Shown here: piece after piece, positions 35,137 through 44,989 of the stretch
Position numbering within the stretch: the first letter of the stretch is position 1
Layout of the letters: the number at the start of each line of letters is the position of its first letter
NCBI GenBank assembly: GCA_046707905.1
Contig: JBKKDM010000126.1
Location: 2,405-66,404, forward strand
Reading direction: 5' to 3'
Origin: Candidatus Limnocylindrales bacterium
GTDB taxonomy: Bacteria > Chloroflexota > Limnocylindria > Limnocylindrales > CSP1-4
Length of the DNA: 64,000 nt
Program-made: the position numbers and the translations under genes
Notes under the pieces: model-generated
Seen by the model: the letters and a program-made list of their open reading frames with translations, nothing else
What the model was told of the DNA's origin: nothing
Databases searched by the model: none

Positions 35137-36495
35137 ATGCGAACCTTCCATCTCCTCGTGGCCAACTCGTTGGTCGCCAACGTCACGACCAGCTTCCTGT
35201 GGTTTGCCCTGACGTTCTGGGTCTACCTCGAGACCCGGTCCGTCTTCGCGACGGCAATGATCGGCGGCGGCTACATGCTGTTCGCCACGATCTCGGGGAT
35301 GTTCTTCGGCACCTTCGTCGACCGGCACCTCCGCCGGACGTCGATGCTGCTGTCGAGCGGCATCACGGTGATCTCGTTCGCGCTCGCCGGCCTCGTGTAC
35401 TCGGTCGCGCCACCCGGCGGCCTGCGCGATTACGCCCACCCGGCCTTCTGGGCGTTCATCGTCCTGATCCTCCTGGGCGCGATCGCCGGCAACCTCCGGA
35501 TGGTTGCGCTGTCGACGACGGTGACGCTCCTGGTGCCCGAGGAAGGCCGGGACAAGGCCAACGGCCTGGTCGGCACGGCCAACGGGGTCGTCTTCGCGAT
35601 GACGTCCGTGCTGAGCGGCTTTGGAGTCGGCGTCCTCGGCATGAGCTGGAGCCTGGGGATCGCGATCGTCGCGGCCGTCCTGGTCGCACTGCACCTGCTG
35701 ACGATCCGGATTCCGGAGGAGGCCCCCGAGCCGCACGCAGACTCGCCGCGATTCATCGATTTCGGCGGGGCGATCCAGGCCGTCAAGATTGTCCCGGGGC
35801 TGCTCGCGCTCCTGCTGTTCTCGACCCTCAACAACTTCCTCGGCGGCGTCTTCATGGCGCTGCTGGACCCGTACGGGCTTTCCCTGATGTCGGTCGAGAC
35901 CTACGGGATCGTCCTGGCGATCACCAGCTCCGGGTTCATCGTCGGCGGGATCCTGATCGCCAAGCGGGGGCTCGGGCGGAACCCGGTCCGGACGCTCCTC
36001 CTGGCCAACGTCGTCATGTGGACCGTTACGATCATCTTCCCGCTGCGGTTCGAGGTCCTGCCGCTCGTCATCGGGTTCTTCATCTACCTCACGCTGGCAC
36101 CGATCGCCGAGGCGTCCGAGCAGACGATCATCCAGAAGGTCGTGCCGTTCGAGGAGCAGGGCCGCGTCTTCGGCTTCGCCCAGACCGTCGAGACGGCGGC
36201 CGCGCCGATCACCGCGTTCCTCATCGGGCCAATCGCGCAGTTCTGGATCCTGCCGTCGATGACGGACGGCGCACTCGCGGACCTGATCGGGCCGTGGTTC
36301 GGGACCGGTCCCGAGCGGGGGCTCGCGCTGATCTTCATCATCGCCGCGATCATCGGGCTGGCGGTGACGCTCATCGCGCTTCGATCGAGTCCGTACCACC
36401 GCCTGTCGGACCGGTACCTGGCAGCGGCGGACGAGCCCGACGTCGTGTCCGAGACACCGTCCACGGAGACCTCCCGCGCCCCGTCAGCCCCCTAG
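35137..36495 (+). CDS. MFS transporter (EntS/macrolide-efflux-like MFS_3 type)
   Basis: Starts at ATG 35137 (MRTFHLLVANSLVANVTTSFLWFALTFWVY...). About 12 TM segments. Divergent from the GTPase operon across about 96 nt. Confidence 0.85.
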   Translation: MRTFHLLVANSLVANVTTSFLWFALTFWVYLETRSVFATAMIGGGYMLFATISGMFFGTFVDRHLRRTSMLLSSGITVISFALAGLVYSVAPPGGLRDYAHPAFWAFIVLILLGAIAGNLRMVALSTTVTLLVPEEGRDKANGLVGTANGVVFAMTSVLSGFGVGVLGMSWSLGIAIVAAVLVALHLLTIRIPEEAPEPHADSPRFIDFGGAIQAVKIVPGLLALLLFSTLNNFLGGVFMALLDPYGLSLMSVETYGIVLAITSSGFIVGGILIAKRGLGRNPVRTLLLANVVMWTVTIIFPLRFEVLPLVIGFFIYLTLAPIAEASEQTIIQKVVPFEEQGRVFGFAQTVETAAAPITAFLIGPIAQFWILPSMTDGALADLIGPWFGTGPERGLALIFIIAAIIGLAVTLIALRSSPYHRLSDRYLAAADEPDVVSETPSTETSRAPSAP

Positions 36496-36525
36496 GGCTC
36501 GATCGCGGGCGTGGAGTCCAGCGGA

Positions 36526-36786
36526 TCACTTTGAGCTGACGTAGGGCGCTGCCCCTATCGAGGTGCGGTCGTCCAACTGCTGGACCATGAAGGCAGCAAG
36601 GTCTCCCTGGGCCACCTGCTGACCAGTGAGAACGCTGCCAGCCTGGATCCTGCCGGTGGCGCTGCCTTCGACGACTCGCGGGGGGCGAACCAAGGTCCAG
36701 TCCAATCCGGAGTCCCGAAACACCAGGTACTCGCGGCGCTTCGCCTCCACGACGTGCCGAACGACGAGACCCACGAACATTGACAT
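36526..36786 (-). pseudogene. C-terminal fragment of an NAD(P)H-binding (NmrA/BVR-B-like SDR) protein
   Basis: Only ...EYLVFRDSGLDWTLVRPPRVVEGSATGRIQAG...VAQGDLAAFMVQQLDD... is present, about 85 aa and equivalent to the last third of roughly 210-aa family members. There is no Rossmann N-terminus, and the LysR gene ends 120 nt upstream. Confidence 0.45.
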
Positions 36787-36905
36787 GAGCCGCCATCCTC
36801 CCAGCCAGGACGCTCGAACGCACGTCCGCTCTTGACCGCCCCCGTGCCGACCATCCCGTCTGCGCACGTCCACGGCGGCCCAGGCGCGGGCATCGTAGCG
36901 AGCGC

Positions 36906-37796
36906 TCAGACGAGGGGTTCTGCCGGAGCCTCGAGGGAGCTGAACGCGGCGAGCCGCGAAGCCCAGTCTCCGATCATCGGCGCGGCGAAGTGGCTCCCAC
37001 TCCAGGCGGCGACGAGCGGGATGTCCATCACGCCGTCGTCGACTTCGATCGGGATCTTCCGGAGCCCGTAGCGTTCGTCGTCCGTGACAACGGCCACCCC
37101 GTGTCCGCCTGCCGCCAATGCCTGGACCACCTCCGGAAGGGCCGCCTCAGCCACCGTGTGGTATTTGAGGCCGGCTGCAGCGACGGCTTGATCGAGGACT
37201 CGCCGGGTGCCGTACTCTGAGGTCAGGAGGGCTAGTGGCTCGGCCACGAGCTCCGCCAGCCCGATCGTTTCCAGATCGGCCCAGGGGTGTGCAGGCGGAA
37301 CCTGGGCCCAGATCGTGAAGCGCCCGATCGGATACGACTCGAGTTCCCCGGGCGGCGGTCCGGCCGAGACCCCAAGATCAGCCTCTCCCGATCGAATGAC
37401 TCGAAACACCGCCAGCGGGGACGACTCGCGGATCGTGACGCGCAGCGCTTCGGGCCCGAGCGTGGCCAGAAATGGCGCGATGACGTCGGCGATCGTGGTG
37501 TGCGGGGCGACAACCGTGAGATTGACGGCTCGTACCGATCCCGAATCCTGGACGTTCGTCGCCACGGCGTCGGCCCGCGCCACGAGATCGCGCGCGAGCG
37601 GAACGAGGCGACGCCCGGCGGAGGACAAACCGATCCGGCCCGCGCGGCGCTCAAAGAGGTCAACGCCGAGGAGCGCCTCGAGCTGGCGAAGCTGCCTCGA
37701 GAGCGACGGCTGTGCGATGCGGACCGAGGCGGCGGCACGCGTGATCGATCCCTGGTCCACGACCGCCAAGAAGTACCGCAGCACGCGGAGCTCCAT
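36906..37796 (-). CDS. LysR-family transcriptional regulator
   Basis: Starts at ATG 37796 (MELRVLRYFLAVVDQGSITRAAASVRIAQPSLSRQLRQLE), giving an HTH plus a substrate-binding domain. Divergent from the ABC importer operon. Confidence 0.9.
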   Translation of the reverse strand: MELRVLRYFLAVVDQGSITRAAASVRIAQPSLSRQLRQLEALLGVDLFERRAGRIGLSSAGRRLVPLARDLVARADAVATNVQDSGSVRAVNLTVVAPHTTIADVIAPFLATLGPEALRVTIRESSPLAVFRVIRSGEADLGVSAGPPPGELESYPIGRFTIWAQVPPAHPWADLETIGLAELVAEPLALLTSEYGTRRVLDQAVAAAGLKYHTVAEAALPEVVQALAAGGHGVAVVTDDERYGLRKIPIEVDDGVMDIPLVAAWSGSHFAAPMIGDWASRLAAFSSLEAPAEPLV

Positions 37797-37948
37797 CGGC
37801 CCCTCACAAAAGTGCCATGCCTCAGGGGCATGACCTGCCCACCCGCAAAGTATTGGACGGGCCGCAATCGATGGCAAACACTGGCCGCGGGAGGCGTCCG
37901 CATCGGTAGCCGGCGATTGTCGGCCCGCGGCCCTCGGAGGAGCTGCTC

Positions 37949-39616
37949 GTGATGCACCGAAATCGAGGAGCCCGCTACGTCGCGGCTCGCTGGCCGGCCA
38001 TCGTCGCCGCGACCACCCTTTTGCTTGCGGCCTGCTCAGCCGCACCGTCAGCCGCGCCCGCCTCGGGTGGCCCAGGCTCCACCGCTGGGAACACGGCCGC
38101 TGCCACGACGACGCCCACCCAATCAGGGCCTTCGGTCCTGAAGGTCGCGGCAACCGCGAGCGTCACCACCTGGGATCCGGTGAAGTCGTTCTCGACCGAG
38201 GCCCTGTACATGGCCAACATCTACGAGCCGCTCCTGTGGATCAACCGGCCCGGCTCCACCGAGGCCTATACCCCTGGGCTCGCGACCACGTGGGAGAGCT
38301 CCGCGGACGCGCTGACATGGACGTTCCACCTTCGCTCCGGCGCGACGTTCCACGATGGCACGCCGGTGGACGCTTCGGCGGTCGTGAAGTCGATCGACGC
38401 CGCGAAGGACCATGGTGGTGCGTCGTTCATCTGGGCGGCGCTGGACAAGGCCACTGCGACCGATGCGTCGACGGTGACGTTGACCCTCAAGTACGCGGCT
38501 CCGATGGACCTCGTGGCATCTTCGCTGTATGGCGCCTGGATCGTCAGCCCGAAGGCCCTCGATGCGGTTGCGGCCGACGAAACGTATTTCGAGAGCGGCG
38601 TGGACGGCGGCTCCGGCCCCTACACCATCGAGTCCTACACGGCCGACAAGGAAGTCCTCCTCACCCGCTACGACGGCTACTGGGGTGGCTGGGACGACAC
38701 CAACCACTACGACAAGGTGCTGATCTCGATCACGCCCGAAGCGGCGGTTCAGCAGCAGATGCTCGAAGGCGGCCAGGTGGACCTCGCGCTGTCACTGCCG
38801 CTGGAGAACATCGGGCAATACGCGACCAACCCGGATTACACGTACGTCGAGGAGCCGTCCTTCTTCAACTACCTGGGCTACTTCAACACCGCCAAGGCGC
38901 CGCTCGACGACGTCCTCGTCCGGCAGGCACTGTCATATGCGATCCCCTATGAGGACATCATCGCCGTTGGTGCCCAGGGCTTCGGGACACAGTCGTACGG
39001 CCCCGTACCGGCCGGTGTCTTTCCGTGGTCCGACCAGGTGCCCCAGTACAAGCAGAACATCGAGACCGCCAAGGACCTCCTCCGGCAGGCCGGCCACGAG
39101 GGTGGCGGCTTCTCGATCGAGCTCACGTACGCCTCGGAGAATCAGAACGAGGCGCGCTTCGTGCCGCTCATCAAGGAAGCCTTTGCCGAGGTTGGCGTCG
39201 ACGTGACGATCACCCCGATGCTCTTCAACCAGCAGTGGGAGCGGGCGAAGGGCGACGCGGCCGGCAGGCAGGACATGTTCATCGTCCTGTACTGGCCGAC
39301 GTACAGCGATGCCGGCTCCGACAACCTGTGGTCGCTCTTCCATAGCAGCGACGAACCGTTCTTCAACCTCAGCTATTGGAAGGACTCGCAATACGACACG
39401 CTCGTTGACGACGCCGGGGCCCTCACGGCGACCGATCGCGCCGCGGCTCAAGCGAAGTACGTGGACGCGATGAAGCGGCTGGTAGACCAGGCGCCTGGTG
39501 TGTTCCTCTATGACACCAAGTTCGTGACGGTCGTTCCGAAGCGTGTCGCGGGCTTCGCGTACAACCTCAACTACCCGTTCGCGCAGTTCTTCTACCCGAT
39601 GCATCCGGCGCAGTAG
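37949..39616 (+). CDS. ABC transporter substrate-binding lipoprotein, family 5 (peptide/nickel, DppA/OppA-like)
   Basis: Lipobox LLLAAC. 555 aa with typical SBP_bac_5 blocks (YEPLLW..., FHDGTP..., GPY...). Confidence 0.9.
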   Translation: MMHRNRGARYVAARWPAIVAATTLLLAACSAAPSAAPASGGPGSTAGNTAAATTTPTQSGPSVLKVAATASVTTWDPVKSFSTEALYMANIYEPLLWINRPGSTEAYTPGLATTWESSADALTWTFHLRSGATFHDGTPVDASAVVKSIDAAKDHGGASFIWAALDKATATDASTVTLTLKYAAPMDLVASSLYGAWIVSPKALDAVAADETYFESGVDGGSGPYTIESYTADKEVLLTRYDGYWGGWDDTNHYDKVLISITPEAAVQQQMLEGGQVDLALSLPLENIGQYATNPDYTYVEEPSFFNYLGYFNTAKAPLDDVLVRQALSYAIPYEDIIAVGAQGFGTQSYGPVPAGVFPWSDQVPQYKQNIETAKDLLRQAGHEGGGFSIELTYASENQNEARFVPLIKEAFAEVGVDVTITPMLFNQQWERAKGDAAGRQDMFIVLYWPTYSDAGSDNLWSLFHSSDEPFFNLSYWKDSQYDTLVDDAGALTATDRAAAQAKYVDAMKRLVDQAPGVFLYDTKFVTVVPKRVAGFAYNLNYPFAQFFYPMHPAQ

Positions 39617-39690
39617 CCGGTCCACACTGTCGCCGCCGGTGCCCGGCCCAACGGGCGTCGGCGGCGACATTCCTCCACGGGGCCAGCGAC

Positions 39691-40710
39691 GTGCCGAGGT
39701 TCCTGCTCCGCCGCCTCGCGGGTTCCGCGCTGGTCCTGCTCGGCGTTTCGGTGATCACCTTCGCTCTCGCGCGCGTGATCCCATCGAACGCCGCAGCGAT
39801 GTACATCGGGCCCAGGGCACGGCCCGAGGACATCGCCCGCGTCACGAGCCAGCTGGGGCTCGACCAGCCGCTCCCCGTGCAGTACCTGACCTACCTCCGG
39901 GACATGCTGACAGGCGACTGGGGGACATCGATCGGGACAAAGCGACCCGTCCTCCAGGAGATCGGCGATCGCCTGCCCGCGACGCTCGAGCTGATCGCGG
40001 CGGCGCTGCTGCTGGCGCTGGTCGCCGGGGTCCTGCTGGGCGTGCTCTCCGCGCGATGGCGCCGGGGCCTGCCAGAGGCGCTCGTCCGCGTCGGGTCGAT
40101 CGTCGGCGTCTCCATGCCGGCCTTCTGGCTCGGCCTGCTCCTCCAGATCGTGTTCTTCAGGACGCTCCACATCCTCCCGCTCGCCGGCCGGACAGACAGT
40201 GATCTGCGCTTCACGAATCCGATCGAGCCAGTCACGGGTTTCGCGCTCGTCGACGCGGCGTTGGGTGGGAACCTCGTCGGGCTGGGTGATGCGCTCGCAC
40301 ACCTCGTGCTTCCGGCCTTGACCCTCGCCGCCTATCCGCTGGGGCTCATCGCGCGCATGACGCGAGCGGCGATGCTCGAGGCGCTGCGGGAGGACTACGT
40401 CCGCACCGCGCGCGCCTACGGCCTGAGCGAGCGGCTCATCACGTACCGCCTCGCGCTCCGCAACGCGCTGCTGCCGGTGACCACGATCGCGGGGCTGTCG
40501 CTTGCATACGCCCTCACCGGGGCGTTCTTCGTCGAGCTCATCTTCAACTGGCCGGGGCTCGGAACCTTCGTGGTGCACGCGCTCCTGAACGTCGACTACC
40601 CGGCGATCATGGGGGTCACGCTGTTCGGTGCGATCGGCTATGTACTGATCAACCTGCTGGTGGATGCCGTGCAGGCCTGGCTCGACCCGCGGGTCAAGCT
40701 GGCCGGCTGA
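39691..40710 (+). CDS. ABC transporter permease (DppB/OppB-like)
   Basis: N-terminus MPRFLLRRL, BPD_transp_1 EAA-loop region (REDYVRTARAYGLSE), 6 TM segments. Confidence 0.9.
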   Translation: MPRFLLRRLAGSALVLLGVSVITFALARVIPSNAAAMYIGPRARPEDIARVTSQLGLDQPLPVQYLTYLRDMLTGDWGTSIGTKRPVLQEIGDRLPATLELIAAALLLALVAGVLLGVLSARWRRGLPEALVRVGSIVGVSMPAFWLGLLLQIVFFRTLHILPLAGRTDSDLRFTNPIEPVTGFALVDAALGGNLVGLGDALAHLVLPALTLAAYPLGLIARMTRAAMLEALREDYVRTARAYGLSERLITYRLALRNALLPVTTIAGLSLAYALTGAFFVELIFNWPGLGTFVVHALLNVDYPAIMGVTLFGAIGYVLINLLVDAVQAWLDPRVKLAG

Positions 40711-41603
40711 TGGTAAACGCGGTCGCCCCAGAGACGATGGTTCCTGCGATGCCGGTCGCGGCCGGCCCGACCCGATGGCGGTTGGCCCGGCGCGATCCGC
40801 TCGGCGCTGCCGGCCTCGCGATCATCGCACTGCTCGTCGTGCTGGCAGTCGCTGGTCCCTTCCTCGCGCCCTATCCCGAGCAGGGGGCGGGCGCCAGCGA
40901 TGTCGCCAACCGGATGCTGGGACCGAGCCTTGCGCACCCTTTCGGGACGGATGAGCTGGGGCGCGACCTCCTCAGCCGCGTGATCATGGGGACGCGAAGC
41001 GGGCTGCTCGTGGCCGTGCTCGTGGTCGGGCTCGCCATGCTCGTCGGCGTGCCTCTCGGCGCCCTTGCTGGCTACCGGCGGGGCCGCATTGACGCGCTGA
41101 TCATGCGCATCACCGACCTGTTCCTGGCGTTCCCGCCACTCCTCCTCGCGATGGCCATCGTGGCGGCGCTCGGGCCGGGCCTGGAGAACGCCGCACTCGC
41201 GTTGGCGATCTCGTGGTGGCCGTGGTACGCCAGGCTGCAACGGGCAACAACAACATCGCTTCGGGAGCGACCCTTCATCGAAGCGGCCCGCGCCGCGGGG
41301 ATGAGCGATACCAGGGTCATCGTCCGGCACATCCTTCCGAACTCGATGGGTCCCATCCTCGTGCAGGCGACGACCGACATCGGCACCGTGATCCTGGCCG
41401 CTGGCGGGCTCGCGTTTCTCGGGCTTGGAGCCACCCCGCCGGACCCGGATTGGGGGCTCATGGTCGCGCAGGGCCGCGCCTTCATCCTCGACCAGTGGTG
41501 GTTGTCGACATTTCCCGGCCTCGCGATCTTCGTCTCGGTCCTCGCGTTCAACCTGGTTGGCGATGCCCTCCTCGACCTTGTCTCCCCGAGGCGCTCGCCA
41601 TGA
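40710..41603 (+). CDS. ABC transporter permease (DppC/OppC-like)
   Basis: The start overlaps the upstream stop. The EAA-loop block is FIEAARAAGMSDTRVIVRHILPN. Confidence 0.9.
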   Translation: MVNAVAPETMVPAMPVAAGPTRWRLARRDPLGAAGLAIIALLVVLAVAGPFLAPYPEQGAGASDVANRMLGPSLAHPFGTDELGRDLLSRVIMGTRSGLLVAVLVVGLAMLVGVPLGALAGYRRGRIDALIMRITDLFLAFPPLLLAMAIVAALGPGLENAALALAISWWPWYARLQRATTTSLRERPFIEAARAAGMSDTRVIVRHILPNSMGPILVQATTDIGTVILAAGGLAFLGLGATPPDPDWGLMVAQGRAFILDQWWLSTFPGLAIFVSVLAFNLVGDALLDLVSPRRSP

Positions 41604-42664
41604 CGGGGGCAAGCCCTGCGCAGGGGGCCGTCACGCCGCTTGACGCGGCAGCCGTGCTCGACGCGGCGACCGTGCTCGACGTTCGCCGCCTTGGCGTGTC
41701 CTTCGCCACTCGGGATGGACCGCTCCAGGCAGTCGACGACGTGACGTTCCAGGTGCGCCCGGGAGAGATCGTCGGCCTCGTCGGCGAGACAGGCTGCGGC
41801 AAGACCGTCACCGGCCTTTCGATCCTGGGTCTGCTGCCGTCGAACGCGACGGCGTCCGGCTCGATCACGCTGCAGGGCCGCGAGCTCCTCGGATCCTCCG
41901 AGCGGGAGCTCCGTGCTATCCGGGGCGCCACGGTGAGCATGGTCTTTCAGAACCCGCGATCCGCGTTCAACCCGGTCTTCTCCCTCGGCTCGCAGATGCG
42001 GCACGTGCTTCGAGCACACCTTGGGCTCCGCGGCAGTGCGGCGAACGAGCGGATCGAGCAGACGCTTGCGGAAGTCGGGCTTCCGAACGCCGCGGGAATC
42101 GTTCGTTCCTATGCCCACCAGCTTTCGGGCGGGATGCTGCAGCGAGCCATGATCGCGATGGCCTTGCTATGCAAGCCGTCCCTGCTCATCGCCGACGAGC
42201 CTACTTCCGCGCTCGACGTTTCTATCGCGGCCCAGATTCTCGATCTCCTGCGATCACTGCGCGATCGGATGGGCTTGAGCGTGCTGCTGATCACCCACGA
42301 CCTCGGCGTCGTCAGGAGCTCCACGGATCGGGTGCTCGTGCTGTACGCGGGTAGGATCGCGGAGGATGGCGAGACGTCGACGGTTCTCGCCGCGCCGCGA
42401 CATCCGTATACGCGTGGCCTGCTCGCGGCAGTACCGCGGGCGACGGCGCGCCGGGGTGCGCTGAACGTCATTCCAGGGCTCGTTCCCGCGAACCCGGGGA
42501 CGATCGAAGGCTGCGCGTTCGTGGAGCGCTGCCCGCTGGCCATCGATCTATGCGTGCAGGTTCGCCCCGAGCTGCTGTCGGTGGCTCCGGGGCATGCGGC
42601 TGCGTGTCACCTCGCGCACTTGCCTGCAGGTCAGCCAACGACGGAATTGGGGCCAGTCCGATGA
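41600..42664 (+). CDS. Peptide ABC transporter ATP-binding protein (DppD/OppD-like)
   Basis: ATGA overlap with the permease stop. Walker A GETGCGKT, signature LSGGMLQRAMIA, Walker B LLIADEPTSALD, and the C-terminal oligo_HPY motif HPYTRGLL. Confidence 0.9.
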   Translation: MTGASPAQGAVTPLDAAAVLDAATVLDVRRLGVSFATRDGPLQAVDDVTFQVRPGEIVGLVGETGCGKTVTGLSILGLLPSNATASGSITLQGRELLGSSERELRAIRGATVSMVFQNPRSAFNPVFSLGSQMRHVLRAHLGLRGSAANERIEQTLAEVGLPNAAGIVRSYAHQLSGGMLQRAMIAMALLCKPSLLIADEPTSALDVSIAAQILDLLRSLRDRMGLSVLLITHDLGVVRSSTDRVLVLYAGRIAEDGETSTVLAAPRHPYTRGLLAAVPRATARRGALNVIPGLVPANPGTIEGCAFVERCPLAIDLCVQVRPELLSVAPGHAAACHLAHLPAGQPTTELGPVR

Positions 42665-44922
42665 CCGCTGTCACCGTTCCGGCGGCCGAGGCGAGCGCCC
42701 ATGGTGCCCTCCTCGAACCTGAGCCGCTGCTCCGCGTCCAGGGGCTCGTCAAGACCTTCCGGGACCCGAGCGGCCGGACCGTCCAGGCAGTCGCGGGCGT
42801 CAATCTCCAGGTCCAGGCCGGTGAGGTTCGGGCGATTGTCGGCGAGTCCGGATCGGGCAAGACGACGCTCGCTCGATGCGTTCTCCGCCTGATCGAGCCT
42901 GACGCCGGCTCGATCGAGATCGGTGGCGCCAACGTCCTCGGGATGGCTCGCGGTGCGCTGCGACGGCTTCGTCGAGATGTCCAGATCGTCTTCCAGGATC
43001 CCGCGGGATCGCTCGATCCGCGAATGCGCGTCAAGGACATCGTGCTCGAGCCGCTGCGGGTGCACGGGGACCCACTTGCCCGGGGCGCCTCCGACACGGC
43101 GCTCCAACTTCTCGACGAGGTCGGACTTTCGAGCCGGCACCTCGATCGTCGCCCGCACGAGCTCTCGGGTGGCCAGTGCCAGCGTGTGGCGATCGCGCGC
43201 GCGCTGTCGCTCAGACCGCGGTTGCTGGTGCTCGACGAGCCGACGTCGGCGCTCGACGTCTCGGTGCAGGCCCAGATCCTGAACCTGCTCGTCGAGCTGC
43301 GGGACCGTCATGGACTGACGTACGTCCTCATCTCGCACGACCTGCGCGTCGTTCGCCATCTCGCCGACTCCGTGTCGGTGATGTACCTCGGCCGGATCGT
43401 CGAGACACAGGACGCCGACACCCTGTTCGATCGGTCGGCGCACCCATATTCACGGGCGCTGCTCGCTGCGGCACCCGAGGTCGACATGACCGAGCCCCAG
43501 CCGATCCTTCTGCGCGGTGAGCCACAGAGCTCCGCCGCCGTGCCCTCGGGTTGTCGGTTCCATCCTCGCTGCTGGCTTCGCGACAAGCTCGGCGATCCCG
43601 AGATCTGCGCGCGCGTCGAGCCTCCCGCGGTCCAGCTGGGCGCGGGGTCTGCGTGCCACTTCGCCGGTGAGGTTGCGAGCCTTGCGTCGCCCGCTACAGC
43701 GCCGACATCGCCGGCCCCCGTCGAGGCGCCCGCGGTCACCCTCTCGACCTGGCAGGACCCGCCCCAGAACCGATGGTCGTACCTGCACATCGAGGAGATC
43801 TTGCCCACAGTGCCGATCTGGCGCGGTGGACTCGCCCCTTGGGGCTTCGGCGGTGCGGAGCAAGGGGATCCCACGCCGGCGACGCTGGAGACGTTGGAGT
43901 TCCAATCCCCGGAAGGCCGCGAGACGGTCCTCGAGATGCTCGACGCCACGTTCACGGACGGATTCGTCGTCGTTCACGAAGGCCGCCTCCTGCTCGAGCG
44001 GTACTCGGGCGAGATGAAGCCTGGAAGCCGGCACCTTCTGCAATCGGTTTCGAAGTCCGTCACCGCCGCGCTCGCGGGGGCGCTCGTCGGCGAGGGCCTG
44101 CTCGACCCATCCGATCTCGTCACAGACCACGTCCGTGAGCTTCGGGGATCAAGCTTTGACGGCTGCCGGGTGGAGGACCTCCTTGACATGCGCGCGGGGA
44201 CTCGCTTCTCCGAGGACTACGACGACCTCGATTCCGACATCCGGGTGTCGGAGCAGGTGTCGGGCTGGCGCCCGCGGTCGCGACGCGGGCTACCCGCCGG
44301 GCTGTATGCCTACTTCGGCACCTTGTCGAACGAGGGACCCCACGGCGGGCCGTTCGCGTACCGGTCCATCCTCACGAATGTCCTGGGATGGGTGCTCGAG
44401 CGGGCCGCCGGGCAGCCCTTCGCCGAAGCGCTCTCGACCCATGTGTGGGGTCGTCTCGGCGCCGAGTTCGACGCCTTCGTGACGGTCGACGAGCAGGGAG
44501 CCGCGGTCGAGGACGGTGGGATCGCTGTCGCCCTGCGCGATCTGGCTCGGTTCGGCCGGCTCTATCTCGATGACGGGGTCGCTGACGGCCGGCAGGTCCT
44601 GCCCGCAGACTGGGTTCGGCGACTACGCCAGCCCAATCCCGAGCTCGTGGCAGCCTTCCGTGGTCCGTTCGCGTACACGGGCATCGCGACTGCCGAGCTC
44701 CACTATCACGATCAGTGGTGGGTCCTGGATCCGCGGCGCGGAATCCACGCCGCCCTCGGGATCCACGGACAGATGGTCTACGTCCATGGTTCGAGCCGAA
44801 CCGTCGTCGTCAAGCTGTCGACGCATCCTCAGGCGCTCGATCGGCGCCTCGTGCAACGCCAACTCTCGGCGGCCCAGGCAATAGCCGGTTCGCTGGAGGG
44901 TTCGGGCGCTACGGCAGGGTAG
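42661..44922 (+). CDS. Fusion protein: peptide ABC transporter ATPase (DppF/OppF-like) joined to a beta-lactamase-fold serine hydrolase (NylB/D-aminopeptidase-like)
   Basis: A single uninterrupted 753-codon frame from ATG 42661 (ATGA overlap). The N-terminal half has GESGSGKTT, LSGGQCQRVAIA, LLVLDEPTSALD and HPYSRALL...CRFHPRC. A Pro/Ala linker (ASPATAPTSPAPVEAPA) follows, then a roughly 400-aa domain with the SxxK motif (QSVSKSV) and a GIHGQ motif. Confidence 0.85.
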   Translation: MTAVTVPAAEASAHGALLEPEPLLRVQGLVKTFRDPSGRTVQAVAGVNLQVQAGEVRAIVGESGSGKTTLARCVLRLIEPDAGSIEIGGANVLGMARGALRRLRRDVQIVFQDPAGSLDPRMRVKDIVLEPLRVHGDPLARGASDTALQLLDEVGLSSRHLDRRPHELSGGQCQRVAIARALSLRPRLLVLDEPTSALDVSVQAQILNLLVELRDRHGLTYVLISHDLRVVRHLADSVSVMYLGRIVETQDADTLFDRSAHPYSRALLAAAPEVDMTEPQPILLRGEPQSSAAVPSGCRFHPRCWLRDKLGDPEICARVEPPAVQLGAGSACHFAGEVASLASPATAPTSPAPVEAPAVTLSTWQDPPQNRWSYLHIEEILPTVPIWRGGLAPWGFGGAEQGDPTPATLETLEFQSPEGRETVLEMLDATFTDGFVVVHEGRLLLERYSGEMKPGSRHLLQSVSKSVTAALAGALVGEGLLDPSDLVTDHVRELRGSSFDGCRVEDLLDMRAGTRFSEDYDDLDSDIRVSEQVSGWRPRSRRGLPAGLYAYFGTLSNEGPHGGPFAYRSILTNVLGWVLERAAGQPFAEALSTHVWGRLGAEFDAFVTVDEQGAAVEDGGIAVALRDLARFGRLYLDDGVADGRQVLPADWVRRLRQPNPELVAAFRGPFAYTGIATAELHYHDQWWVLDPRRGIHAALGIHGQMVYVHGSSRTVVVKLSTHPQALDRRLVQRQLSAAQAIAGSLEGSGATAG

Positions 44923-44989
44923 CGGTCAAGTGACCAGGCGACCATCCATGCACGGTTCGCGGTGGACGGGTCGCTGCAGAACAACGCCA

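Noticed and set aside
31757-36495. Giant ORFs 31757-35125 (1122 aa), 33355-36399 (1014 aa) and 33292-36495 (1067 aa), considered as single genes.
   Set aside because: Only the C-terminal part of each is protein-like (GTPase 2, GTPase 1 and the MFS transporter respectively). The N-terminal extensions are Arg/Gly/Pro junk that overlaps the neighbouring real gene. Internal starts at 33358, 35040 and 35137 give coherent proteins, and the first of these shows a GTGA coupling.
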